Positions 51,251 through 64,000 of a stretch of DNA of 64,000 bases are shown piece by piece (within the stretch, counting starts at the first letter, position 1; each line of letters opens with the position of its first letter). Origin of the DNA: Octopus vulgaris (taxonomy: Eukaryota); assembly GCA_951406725.2 (NCBI GenBank), contig OX597830.1, forward strand, positions 49,662,001 through 49,726,000. The letters run 5' to 3'. The notes under the pieces were generated by a model. It saw nothing but the letters and a program-made list of their open reading frames with translations. It searched no databases and had not been told where the DNA came from. The position numbers and the translations under genes are program-made.

Positions 51251-51409
51251 GTTATTATTATTGTAGTTGTTGTTGTTGCTGTTGTTGCTGTTGTTGCTGT
51301 TGTTGCTGTTGTTGTTGGTGGTGGTTGTGGTGGTGGTGGTGTTGCTGCTGCTGCTGCTGTTTTTGTTGCTGTTGTTGCTGCTGCTGCTGTTGTTGTTGTT
51401 GTTATTTAA

Positions 51410-51828
51410 GGCGGCGAGCTGGCAGAAACGTTAGCACGCCGGGTGAATTGCTTAACGAAATAGGTATTTCCCCCGAGGTTGACTTGGCCTTTTTATCCTT
51501 TCGGGGTCGATTAATTAAGTACCTGTGAAACAGTGTGGTCGATGTAATCGATTACTCCCCTGCTCCAAAATGGGTGCCCTTGTGCCTCCAGTATAAAATA
51601 TTATTGTTACTGCTGTTATTTAAGGCGGCGAGCTAGCAGAATCGACAACTCGCTGAACAAAATGTTTAACGGTATTTTGCTCGTCGCGACGTTCTGAGTT
51701 CAAATTCCTCCGAGGTAAAGTTTGCCTTCATCCTTTCGGGGTCGATGAAATTAGTACCAGTTACGCAGTGAGGTCGGTGTAATCGACTAGCCCCCTAATT
51801 TCAGGCCTTGTGCCTATAGTACAAAGAA
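51410..51828 (+). mobile_element. Two tandem SINE family B copies (51410-51600 and 51624-51828)
   Basis: Both start GGCGGCGAGCT(G/A)GCAGAA after GTTATTTAA. Confidence 0.9.
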
Positions 51829-51883
51829 TTTTTCTTCTTCTTCTTCTTCTTCTTCTTCTTATTATTATTATTATTATTATTAT

Positions 51884-53146
51884 TCAGTTGTTTTATTTTT
51901 ATTTTTATAGCGTGCTTTCACTTCACTACCGAGCGCAGCTCTGTGTGCCTTGGGTATGTGCTGTGATTTGTTGTGATGCTCTGATGGTTATTGTATGGAA
52001 AGTGTTCTGCGTAGGATGTGTGCAGTGCCTAGTAGTGCAATTTTCTGTATGTTATATGTGTTTGTAAGTCCTGGTGTTTTTGTTATGTATTTGTCTGAAT
52101 ATTTTTTTATCATGCCTAATGCACCTACTATGATAGGAATTGTTTCTGTTTTCAGATTCCACATTCTAGTTACCTCTATTTCCAGGTCTTTGTATTTTGA
52201 GAGTTTCTCCATTTCTTTTAGAGACACGTTGTCATCTGCCGGTACTGATACATCAATTAGAAAGCATTTTTTTCTTCATGGTCTCTGACAACTATATCTG
52301 GTCTGTTGGCCTTAATTTCTCTATCTGTGTGTATCGGCATATCCCAGAGTATGGTTGCTTTCTCGTTTTCTGTGACCTTTTCTGGTGTGTGCCTATACCA
52401 TCTTTTTTCTGTTGTTATTCCATAATGTTGGCATAGCTTCCAATGTATGTAAGTTCCAACTCTGTCATGTCTGTGAATATATTCCTTCTTAGCCAGGACT
52501 GGGCAGCTAGAGATAATATGATTTATTGTTTCTTGTCCATCTCCACATATTCTGCAGTTACTTGTAATATTTCTTTTCATTACATGTTTTTGGTAATTTC
52601 TGGTGGGGAGGCTTTGGTCTTGTGCTGCAATTAAAAATCCCTCTGTTTCTGCTTTGAGTCCTGAGCTTCTCAACCATTGCTGGGATTTTTCTTTGTCTAT
52701 TTCTTTTGTGTTTAGTTTAGTCCAGTATTTACCATGAAGGGGCTTTTCTTGCCATCGTTTTATCATGGTTCGTTGCTGTTCTATTTTTAGTTTGGATTTC
52801 ATTTTTTTTATAGCTTTTGTTGTTTCTTCATCTTCTTCTTCTTCTTCTTCATGTTTATTAGGTGGTATGATTTCTTGTTTGTATTTGTCAGCTTCCTTAA
52901 ATACTGAGAACAGTTTTTTGTTTTGCTCGTGTTTTGCCGCTATCTGGATCAGTTTTCCTTCCTTCTGAAGTAGATATTTTTGCAGTCCTATGGTGGTTAT
53001 TTTATAGTAGTTTTCCAGCTGTATAAGGCCTCTACCACCTTCTATACGTTGTATATATAGTCTTTCTATGTCAGATTTTGGGTGATGCATCCTAGATCCT
53101 GTCATTATTTTTCTTGTTTTCCTGTCTATTTTGGTCAGTTCATTTC

Positions 53147-53147
<1 letters not shown>
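51884..53147 (-). mobile_element. 5'-truncated R4/Dong-like LINE with CCHC knuckle and restriction-like endonuclease, flanked by (TAA)n
   Basis: HHPKSDIERLY..GGRGL, CRIC..ETINHIISSC, RHD, NRPDIVV, one frameshift in the T-run near 52267-52273, then KLSKYKDLEIE..PIIVGALG. (ATT)n on both sides. Confidence 0.95.
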
Positions 53148-53227
<80 letters not shown>

Positions 53228-54902
53228 TGAGAGAGCAAAGCATGCCATCAATTACAGTTGCGTGTGCCTAAAATGATAGAAAAAAATTGGCAGTTTCCGT
53301 TCTTTAAACGTTTGTGTTTCTCAAATCAACAATACCAAACTTCACTTAAATATAAGAAACTAATAGCTTTTTGATATCTAGATTCTAAGTAATACCTGAA
53401 GATTTCTGTTCTGAAATGCAGCCTAAAATGACGCCACATTCGCCTTCATTCAATTCCATCTTCACTCACGCTACCAATAATTGAATGAGTTTATTTTCAA
53501 TGTCCACATTTCTTTTAAACGCAGTTTAGGATCTTTTATGCTCGACTCTATAAAATAAATATCTCGGTGGCTATTCATTTTACGCCGCAGACGAAACTAA
53601 AATAATCGACATCGATTTTGTAAAATCAAAGCCGACCATCAGATGTGCTGTGCAACTACAGGCATTTGAAAGAAGCCATTAAATTAGGTAAACTACTTTG
53701 TGAACCCTCACTAAACTTTCGAATAACTCAATCAGAGAATCCTAAATAAGGTATTATTCAATATGATAATGACCAGCAGAGCGAAGAACGCACAAAGTGA
53801 AAACACTTTGAATAGAATATCGATTGTTTGATTTTTAGGTACATATGTCAATATTAGCGGAGACATTTGCAACCTCAATCTGGTGCCAAATAATAGGAAA
53901 GGATTAAATAGTTCGATATTCGATGTTATATGCTCGTTATTGTCACCTTTCCCTATTATTATGTACTTAGCTTAGGTCAGCTTGCTAGAATGTGGCAGCT
54001 TATTCAATAGCCTGCATCAAGTTATTTTTCCATTAAATATGCTAAGTATTAGTGGTGAGTTACATTTGAACAAGGCAACAGGACAGAAGATGGTTACTTG
54101 GAATGCGTGGACTCTGGGATCTATCATCATTTGAAATCAAGTGGTAACAGTTTCTATTCTCTGCGCAGTTGCAGCATACACTTCCTGTATTTGTCTTTGC
54201 GGAAAATGACACGGATTGACAAGGAAAGGAACTAAATGTACAGGAATAGCACCAAGAAGTTCCGAGTGAGAAGAAGAACGGCCTCACTGGCATGGAATCC
54301 TCAGTGTGTATGCGTGCGTGTGTGGTGTAGGGAAATTTTGTTTAGAGTGCGTATCTGTCTGTGTGTATAAATTTGTGTCAGGAAGGTCAGTTTCCTGAGT
54401 GTAACACGAATATATTTCACTAAAACTACTGCCTGTTTTTGAATACAAATAATTCGCTGAATTTTGTATAAAACCTGTACGAACTTGAGCCAGGAATGTT
54501 TTGGATTGGAAATTCATTACTACAACAAATGAGCTAACCCAAACAATGGATTATTCAAAGTATGTGCTATTATAAAATGCAAGAATATGGTCTTGCCGAG
54601 ACAGCCTCCCAAAATCGCTTCTTTGAAAATTGCTGTGTCGCTTGTAAAATTTTACATACTCCAACTTCAATCGCTTCTCATTAATAAGAATGCCTCCTTT
54701 CAACAGGTTACAATAGTGTACGTTAGTCTTTCGTTGGAATTAGTTTGAGCTTACACATAGACACATACAAACACACGAGTCCGCAATAAATAATGCGCAA
54801 GTTGAATGCAAATATTTCGTAAAACAAAGTAAATCTATGAAATAAGACAGAAAAGTATCTCTAAAATATTTCGTCTGTAATTGTCAATTGAAAGTACAAG
54901 AC

Positions 54903-55441
54903 AATCACAGTGGCGCTGAGCTACAAATATACGAAGTCCAATATAGCCATCATGACTACCTGTCTGATAAGGGTACACAAGACACATTCACCACAACCAC
55001 ATAAGCAAGACATGATGATCTCATATCAAGATAAACAGCACATGACCTTCCAGGTGGGGCTCAGTTAGAATTTTATTCTGGTTGAGTAACCCATACCGCT
55101 CAAAAGGTCCCTGAATAAGGGTTGTTTAATGATGTTAAACGAAACATCCATGTTTCCAGAGGTGAATTATTCAAACCCCAAAGAATCCCTCTCAACACAT
55201 GGCTATGATGCTTCCCCACTACTTCTGCTCGTGATCAGAGATGCACATATCGTCAGCCACTAAGGGATATGCTCAACTGGTTAAGGTCAAGCAACTGACA
55301 AGCAAATCAGTGGTATTGAGCAGGATATTTGCTGTATCCCATCTTTGACATTAAGACAAAACCATGTACATGATAAAACTTCCAATCAGTTCAGATCAGA
55401 AAGCCATGAGAACCACTACCTGGTACCGCATCAGGATATTT
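54903..55441. mobile_element. Probable non-autonomous interspersed repeat abutting an (ATA)/(ACT)/(ATT) microsatellite
   Basis: A block more GC-rich than its flanks, with no meaningful ORF, ending sharply at a trinucleotide tract. It resembles a repeat I recall from octopus sequence (unverified). Confidence 0.45.
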
Positions 55442-55461
55442 ATAATAATAATAATTATTAT

Positions 55462-55499
<38 letters not shown>

Positions 55500-55917
55500 G
55501 TATTATAATTATTATTATTATTATTACTATTATTATTACTATCCCATTAAACGTAAACCTCTAACTGAATTATAACATTCCTAATAAGTGTTTTACAAAC
55601 ATTCTCCCATCATCGCCGCAACCAACACCATCACTCCCACTAACACCTCTGCCACCACAATCGACAACATCGCCGTGGCCACTGCCGTCGCCGTCGCCGT
55701 CACCACAGCCACTATTATATATATGGATTCTGTCTAATGTGTATCTTGTCTCATTTTTAGATGGAAACCATTGATGCGTTGATAGCAATATGAAATAATT
55801 AACCCAACTCTGCATAAATGGACTCCAGACTTAGTTGACAGTCAATTTATAGGATATACATAGATAAATACATACATACGTACATACAAAAACGCACCCA
55901 AACACGCACACGCATAA

Positions 55918-55957
<40 letters not shown>

Positions 55958-56073
55958 ACATATATATGCATATACAGATGTATATGTATATGTGTGTGTG
56001 CGTGTGTGTGTATAGATATGTCATATACATGCATACTATATACAAATATATATATATATATACATACATATAT

Positions 56074-56108
<35 letters not shown>

Positions 56109-56157
56109 CATATATATATAGAAACATAAATATATATATACATACATACATACATAC

Positions 56158-56245
<88 letters not shown>

Positions 56246-56584
56246 CGTACATTATTTCTTTCCTATTTCTGTCGCCTGACTTGCTGCCACTGATAGCGAA
56301 TGTCTCTCAAATCACTGTAAACAACTGCCCCACTCGCTGAACCTCAATGCATATACGAATTACGAATTAGTCAACTGGTTGGTAAATAATATGCACACAT
56401 ACGCATGTACGCACATATATATAGCTATACATATACATATATATTTATTACAGATATGTATAGGTTTGCGTGCGTGCGTACGTCCGTGCGGGTGTGTGTG
56501 TGAGTGTGTAAACGTGTATGTGTATGTTTTTCTCTTTGCCGGCATGTATGACTGTATATGCCTATGTGAAGATACATATATATG

Positions 56585-56653
<69 letters not shown>

Positions 56654-56655
56654 TG

Positions 56656-56740
<85 letters not shown>

Positions 56741-56792
56741 GTGTATGCATATATATATACATAAATATATATATATATGCATATATACATAC

Positions 56793-56829
<37 letters not shown>

Positions 56830-58111
56830 ATTAATATTAACGTGTGTAATATCATTTATCAGTCATATAATCGTTCTCGTGCATATTATCAATGACGTCA
56901 TTATATGAATTAGTTTTCTTCATATCCGCCATCTTTTCTCTGTTATTACTTCTATTGTTATTATTATTTTCATAAGTACTTACTACATGAAGCGTAATCG
57001 CGTATTCTCGCTCGTTACTTAAACTCCCATTCTAGTTCTTCTTTCTCTCCCTCTCTCTGTGTGTGTGTGTGTGTGTGTGTCTGTGTGTGTCTGTGTATGA
57101 ATATATATGTACGTATAGTTTTTGCAGGAATATGCATACGCTTGTGTAGATATGTTTGTGAGTGTATTTGTATGCATACATTTAGATATACACGTATGTA
57201 TGTATGTATGTATGTATGTATGTATGTATGTATGTATGTATGTATGTATGTATGTATGTATGTATGTATGTGTGTATGTATGTGTTGTGCAATTACTTCT
57301 GAATTCATGACCGGAAGTAGTCTGATTATAAACATGCTAAACGCGTCCTATATTTCAAGACAGAAGCTTTCTGGAAATAATTTACTGTCCAGTGCGTATC
57401 CTCTGAGACAGATGAGTTGTAGACCAGAATACCGTAGTGACACGACGCCAATTGACATTATAAGAGGTGTCCCCCAGCTCTACCAGCTTTTTATACCCAG
57501 AAAAGATCTGTTTAGAAACAAGCCTAAATATGTGTATTTCCTTTCATTTCTATCATCACAGCAGACCATCACCAACACCACAACCGAAGCCACCATCACC
57601 ACCACCAGTATCACCACCACCATCACCACCATCAACAACACCACCACCAACATCACCACCACCACCACCACCACCACTATCACTGTCACCATCATCACTT
57701 CATGTACATGACACAAAGAGCGATGCACGACAGACTTCTATAGATACAGAAGATCGGATGGATGGATGGATGGATGGATCCATCAGTTTTGACGATGACT
57801 AGTCAATGAATTGAACTACGCGGTCGATAAGCTTACATGTAAGTGGCTGAGTATTCTGAAAATACGCTTGACGTCTACAGCCAAAGCAATGTTACTTACA
57901 CATGACATTACAAAAATTTGAAAATCAGGTACAGTCCATTTTCGTTCGCTAAGTGTTTTGGACGATTCTAGGTTACGCGATACAGGACAGCTGATAGATA
58001 TACCATACCTTGAATCGAAACTGGATTCGCTTGATTTTCTATCGAACACTCTTTATTCTTGGTCATACCTTCGACCTCACAGTATGGTATCTATGTATTT
58101 ATGCATATATA

Positions 58112-59377
58112 CGAGGGGCGTTCAATAAGTAATGCCCCTGACCCACTTCCCATAGCAGTAGAGCAACGACACTTGGCACAGTTATTAGTCTTTTCCTACA
58201 TAGGAACTACCCAGAGTTATGCATTTCTCCCATCGTTTGATACAGCTCTGGAGACCGTTTTTGTAGAAGACCCCAGCTTGGTCCTCCAACCACGACGTGA
58301 CTTCAGAAATCAAGGCTGCATCATCTGGGAAACGCTTTCCTTTCAAAATCAACTTCATGGCTGGGAAGAGGTGAAAATCAGAGGGTGCAAGGGGAGGAGT
58401 TCATAGCTGCACGCCTGTGTTTCTGATCTGGCGACACGCGAGTTGTGGACCGGAGCTTTGTCCTGCAGGAGGAGGATGCCTTTGCTGATCTTGCCCCGCC
58501 TCTTGATTTTGATAGATTCTCTTAATTTCCTCAAAGTGAATCATAATAGGCTCCTGTAATTGTGGTACCCTTTGCCAGGAAATCTGTCATCACTACTCCG
58601 TCCTGGTCCCAGAAGACTGTGAGCATAACCTTGTCAGCGGAGGGCTGCCCCCTTGCCTTCTTTGGAGGAGGTGAGTCACGGTGCTTTCACTGCATTGACT
58701 GGGCTTTGGTCTATGAATCATAGTGATGGACCCAGGTTTTATCCTGTGTGATCAGTCTTTTGAAAAATTTTGACTCATCTTCTTGGCACATCTCCAAATT
58801 CATCCTCGAGCACTCAACGCGTTCTTGCTTCTGGAAAGGTGTGAGCAACCTGGAAATCCATCTGGCAGACACCTTTTGCATATGCAAATGGTCATGAATG
58901 ATAGTTTCCACAGACCCGGTACTAATCTTGACCTTATGGGCTATTTGGCGAATAGTTATGCGTTGACCTTCCAAAATGGCAGCCTCAAATTGACGGACAG
59001 ACGTCTCATCAACGGCAGAAGGGGGCGACCAGATCTGGGAGCTGTTTCCACAGAGTTCCGACTATGTTTGAATTCACAATACCAGCGTTTTACAAGGTCA
59101 TATGATGGGGCATCATCACCATAAGTTACTTTCATTTCATCAAAAGTCTCCCGTGGTGTGCGTCCTTTCAAATACAAAAACCAGATCACTGCTCGACACT
59201 CAACAGGCTCCATTTCACACTTGACTCAGTTCAAACACCTGTAAATCAGAAACCACAATTAGTTCAGAGCTGTAATTTGCCACTTAATCTATAAAGATAT
59301 AAATTGCACATGCAAAATTTCAGCTAGATCAAACAACTGCAAGTGGATCAGGGGCATTACTTATTGAACGCCCCTCG
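58112..59377 (-). mobile_element. Near full-length mariner transposon with disrupted transposase
   Basis: 37-bp TIRs CGAGGGGCGTTCAATAAGTAATGCCCCTGA(C/T)CCACTT with TA duplications at 58110-58111 and 59378-59379. ATG at 59213 (RAVIWFLYLKG, RSGRP, SARWISRLLT, ITQDKTWVHHYD, LAPSDFHLFP). Frameshifts and stops are present, and the HPPYSPD segment is missing. Confidence 0.97.
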
Positions 59378-59429
<52 letters not shown>

Positions 59430-59431
<2 letters not shown>

Positions 59432-60271
59432 ATGTCCATCTCTTTACAAGCACTCTCTATGCATCTTATGTTGTAGACTACATTTTTGGTTCTATAGTTA
59501 ATGCCATGGCTAATTCTACATACCATACAGTTATCATTGATGCATATGGTATTCTCAAAGGGGTACGTTATTCATTATCCTAACTAAGTCTGCTAGTACT
59601 ACGTATTTTTCATGCTGTTTGACAAAGCTGAGTTCTTGTGAACAACATATTTCGAAGCCATGGATTTCATATAATAGGAGTAGTAGAGCTGCTATCTGTT
59701 GTTCACATTCTCTAACCAACGTTCAGTATCAAGGACGGGGAATCTATTGTTGAGATTACCTAGTGGGGTAATCTACAGATACCTTGATACTTTAGTAGAT
59801 GGAGTTAGCTACTTGCTGGATGCTGTCCATTATGTTCCTCTCAGTTTCTCATTACCATTACTAGAGTTGGTCTTTACTAGGATATTAATGCCATCTACAT
59901 AACTACTGTAAAGTAGAAGAGTTGTGGACTGTTCTGCTAAGGATTGCTTAAGTTTTCTGTCCCACCAGGTCATGAAGAGGCCGGCTATATCTCCAGCTAT
60001 ACCGACACCAATGGCTGCATCTTGATCCTGTATGCATAGTTTCTTGTTAAACTTTACTATGTGGTTCTTCAAGGTGGTTCTTATGCTAGCCCCTATTGGA
60101 TGTGCAATCATTCCTTTCACCTGATGGTTGTTCTCAGCCTCTTCGGTGGGGACACTATGCAACGTGTCCAGCGCTCTGCGGTGCTAAAGAGAATGACTCT
60201 CCCCAGACACAACAGAATATGCTTCAACACACCAACTCACACAAATAATCTTGCAGACCAAATCCCAAAAC

Positions 60272-60275
<4 letters not shown>
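59430..60275 (-). mobile_element. Penelope-like element RT fragment with an upstream terminal-repeat copy, between (TA)n tracts
   Basis: HIVKFNKKLCIQDQDAAIGVGIAGDIAGLFMTWWD, YSSYVDGIN (RYVDD-like), ANSIY*SIKVSVDYP, FPVLD and YYMKSMASKYVVHKNSA. 60190-60275 matches 18810-18895. Confidence 0.8.
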
Positions 60276-60313
<38 letters not shown>

Positions 60314-61161
60314 GCATATATATGCGTGTGTGTGTCTCTCTATATGTATATATATGTATGTATATATTTATCTAAGTATATATATATATATATATGTAAG
60401 CTGAGAGAAAATGAGTGAGTGAGAGAATGATAAGTATGTGTGTGTGTGTATGTGTATGTGTGACGCTTGTGCATGTGTGCATCTGAAACGTGAAGTGACC
60501 TGAGCTGACACCACCTTTTACCCTATCTGTAAGCACACTGTGTATTATTTAAGTCTTTTTTACGAAGTTCGCTGTTGTATCTCTCTTGTCCTTTAGTAGC
60601 AATTTTTCTCAATGATTATTATTTAACTGGGTTTGTGTTGTTGAATAAATATTATTTCATTGTCTACCTGTTTTCGATTTACCTTGTACAATCGATAATG
60701 AACATGCTCAAAATTACAGATCAGGTTAATATATATGTTAAAAACAAATCGATATCCTAATAACAGACCGTCTCTGTTGATATTTCATTTTGTTGCAATT
60801 GATTTATATGAATTGCTCGTTGTTACTGCTTCGCTGATATAATTGATCAATGTCGTACCAGATACGATTTCCCACTCTTTCATTCAGGCATGTTATATCT
60901 AGCTCTGTAAAAGTCAGATGTTGAAACTACCAATGTTAAGATTGTTTGAAAATTGGTGTAACACCAAAGAGAATTTCAATGTTAAATTCCTTACTTAGGT
61001 CATATATCTCTTAAGTGTTGTGCACATCTTATATAAAACTCTCTGGAGAAGGGCTCATTTCATTATGACTCCTTAAACATTTAAACCTCAAACAATGTGA
61101 TACTAGGTATCTAACTCCGTGATCAGCTTATGTAGTTACAATGTTTATATTCGTACAATAA

Positions 61162-61375
61162 GGCAGCGAGCTGGCAGAATCTGTTGTACGCCCGGCAAAA
61201 TGCTTGGCATTTCGTCCGTCTTTTCGTTCTGAGTTTGAATACCACTGAGGTCGACTTTGCCTTTCATTCCTTCCGGGTTCGATTAAGTAAGTAGAATTTG
61301 GACACTGAGGGTCGATGAAATCCCCCCGTTCCCCTCCTCGAATTTGTTAGTTTTATTCCAAGATTTGAAACCAAT
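61162..61375 (+). mobile_element. SINE family B
   Basis: GGCAGCGAGCTGGCAGAATC..GTTCTGAGTTTGAATACCACTGAGGTCGACTTTGCCTTTCAT. Confidence 0.9.
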
Positions 61376-61701
61376 ATTTATATACGCACTACGTTTTTAT
61401 CTTCTCAAGATTTGACGTCTGTCATTACAAAGCATAGGTTTTCAAATTTTTTATATATTCATTATAATTCGTCTAGTTTGTTTTTCCGTCATTTGCAGGT
61501 ATCCAATTTCTGGATTGAGATATTATCAGAGATTGGATCTGAACTAGAAAGCATCATTTCTAAAATGCTTCTGTGTCTACTATGCTCTGAAGTAGGATAA
61601 GGTCCCGAGATTAAGCTAAGAGCAACGTCACGTTACCGTAAATATCATAAGTATACACTCAAAGTGTGAGGTTATCATTATCATAGTGTGTGCATCTATT
61701 A

Positions 61702-62085
61702 TCTTTTACTGGTTTCAGTCATTAAGCTGCGGCCATGTTGGAGCACAGCCTCGAAGACATTTTTGTAGCCGAGTGAATCGAGTCCACTACGATTTTTTAA
61801 AAAATTTTGTTAAGCCTGGTGCTTATTCTACTGGTCTCTTATGCCGAACTGCTAAGTTGCGGGAGCATAAATACACCAACACCGGTTGTCACGTGGTAGT
61901 GGTGTACAAAAACAGAAACACATACACACATAAATACGACGGGGTTCTTTCTATTTCCGTCTACTAAATCCACTCGCGAAGCTGTGGTCGACCCGAGGCA
62001 ATAGTAAAAGACACGTGCCCAAGGTGCCACTCAGTGGGACTGAACCTGGAAACATGTGGCTGGGAAGGAAAGTCTTTTAACATAA
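61702..62085 (-). mobile_element. SINE family A, followed by family B fragments to about 62335
   Basis: TTTCAGTCATT..TGCGGCCATG..CCAAGGTGCCACTCAGTGGGACTGAACC. Confidence 0.9.
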
Positions 62086-63097
62086 AGTTCCAGTCAGGGA
62101 CGATGTAGTCAATTAACCTCCTTCCTCTGAAAGTTACCGGTCTTGTACCTAAATCAGGAACGATTATCTTCACTGAATCCTTAGTTCCGCCTTTTTAGGT
62201 TCTGAGTTCAAACCCCGCCGACGTTAAATCCGACTTTCGTCTATTTTTGATCAAATAAAGTACCAGTTAAATATCGAAGCCCACTTAATCGATTAACACC
62301 TTATTGAGAAAATGGTGGCCTCATACTTAAGCTAACAACAATATTTTTATTTGGACTGGTGGATATGAGTTTGTGGCTTGGAACGTTAGATGTCTTGTAC
62401 ATTACTTTTTACACCAAGCAAACAGGTTCGTTGCAGAGTGAAGAAATTCTCCTCTATATCCATCATCTTCAACTGCCATTTCAACTTCTTGCAACTACCC
62501 TGCAATTTGGAAAATAACAATTCTGTGATAATTCCAAATTGCTTCATCCTACACATTTAGGTTCAATTTCTCTGTAGCTTTCTTCAAAATTCCATTCTGT
62601 AGTAATTGGAAAGATAACATATTACAATACCAACATTCAGCTAACATGTCGTCTGCTTTCAAAAGCATTTCGTCAATATCTACAACATAATTCGTAACAC
62701 TCTGTACCTTTACTCCCTCGTTTGTCTACCTCGTTCTTGTCGAAAGGAAATCTGTCAACATCTGCTTATAAGTGTAAGACTCGCCCGATTTTCGTCAATT
62801 TCCTTGTTATTCTAACTACCATCTCAAGACTTCCCTTTGTCCGTTAGATTATTTCCGTACGTTACTTAACGATAAAGACATTCTTCAATTATTTATACCA
62901 TTCAGTTGGATGTTAAAATTCTCTTTACCCTTCAGAAGTATTCTCTCTTAATGTTGGCTTTCATTAGCCCACCCTTTATATCATCAGCTTCCAGAACTTT
63001 CAGATATATCTTCATCATCATCCTCATCATCATTGTCATTTTCATCGTCATCGTCGTCGTCGTTATCACCATCAGCATCACCATCATCAACCACAAA

Positions 63098-63255
63098 CAC
63101 GTTCTGAGATCAAATTCAGCCGGGGTCGACTTTGTCTTTCATCCTTTCGAGGTTAATAAATTACGTACCAGTAAAACACTGGGGTCGATTTAATCCACTA
63201 GCCCCACCCCACTGCCCCAAAATTTCAGGCTTTGTGTCTAGAGTAGAAAAGATTA
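63098..63255 (+). mobile_element. SINE family B, 5'-truncated
   Basis: GTTCTGAGATCAAATTCAGCCGGGGTCGACTTTGTCTTTCATCCTTTCG. Confidence 0.85.
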
Positions 63256-63261
63256 TTATTA

Positions 63262-64000
63262 TCGGTGTCGGGCGTCTCCGAATTGGAGACAGTCGGTACC
63301 ATCCTAAAGGCATATGAGTCGGCTGCAGGGGCTAAAATCAGCGCCGCCAAATTGGTGGGTTTGTGGTTGGGCTTCTAGAGAGGCAGGACGATGCCATCGG
63401 ACGGCGTCGTCGGATGCAGGACCGACGGACCAGTTAAAGTGCTCGGGATCTGGTTTGCTCCCGACCTCCAGGTTGATGAGAACTGGGACGAAGGGGCGAA
63501 CAGAGTGGTCAGGCCTACCTAGAAACAGGCTGAAATAAAGCTATCCCTGAAAGGTCGAACAAAGGTGACGAATCCTTACATCACCTCCCTTATCATTTAT
63601 CGCCGGACCGTCGTGCCTTGTCCCTGTTACTGCTTGACCTGCTTGGATCGTCTCTTATCTAAATTCCTGTGGAAGGGATACGTTTCAATGGTCAGGCGTT
63701 TCAATGGTCAGGGTGTTGCCAGCATCATCTGAATGGCGTACTTGGTATGCCGTGACTCCTAATGGGCAGACACGCTCTTAGGTTACGCCACCTGCAACGA
63801 TTACTGGACGGTGAGCGTGTGTGGGCTCCGTTTGTGAGGCTCGTCTTTCTGCAGCTCGTCTCCTTGACAGAGCTGCAGTCCTGGGTGAAGAAAAGACACC
63901 TAGAATGTCGTCAGGTTCTCATAACCGTCTACCAGTGAGGCAATAGGATCGGTGGATGTTCCGCTTTGGAAAGTTATAGAGGATTAGTGGCGGAGAAGTG
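63262..64000 (+). mobile_element. L1/Tx1-clade LINE RT C-terminal relic, running off the window
   Basis: YESAAGAKIS, VKVLGIWFAPDLQVDENW, KLSLKGRTKV..YRRTVVPCP..FLWKG and GVLGMP. Confidence 0.85.

Noticed and set aside
54060-54517. Short Cys-rich ORFs in unique sequence
   Set aside because: No recognisable domain and no consistent pair of splice sites.
574-60375. Dozens of ORFs rich in YI, CV, HT, YLSI or poly-I/N/M/S
   Set aside because: These are translations of (TA)n, (CA)n, (ATAG)n and trinucleotide microsatellites, which lack stops in some frames.
62400-62860. Possible very old LINE RT on the minus strand (..LLKADDM)
   Set aside because: Only one weak motif, which is not enough to call.
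1-64000. CRISPR array, rRNA, operon or other prokaryotic system
   Set aside because: There are no regularly spaced repeat-spacer units, rRNA motifs or gene-dense segments. The sequence is eukaryotic repeat-rich DNA.

Overview
AT-rich, repeat-dominated animal DNA, probably intronic or intergenic. The microsatellite density and SINE types suggest an octopus or other coleoid cephalopod, which is my inference and not a database result. I recognise no intact host gene, and almost all listed ORFs are translations of microsatellites. The window holds (i) 25 or more copies of three tRNA-derived SINE families; (ii) LINE relics of the RTE, CR1, R4/Dong-like and L1/Tx1 clades; (iii) mariner elements and MITEs, including a near full-length 1.27-kb mariner with 37-bp TIRs; (iv) probable Helitron relics; and (v) many Penelope-like element (PLE) pieces sitting in (TA)n tracts. 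The most interesting signal is about eight hammerhead-ribozyme-like motifs from several unrelated short elements. Most are minimal type-I forms with a palindromic stem III, and one (4644-4760) has a stem II of about 26 bp. Many of these elements are also arranged as fold-back inverted repeats. Element boundaries were read by eye and are approximate unless stated as exact.
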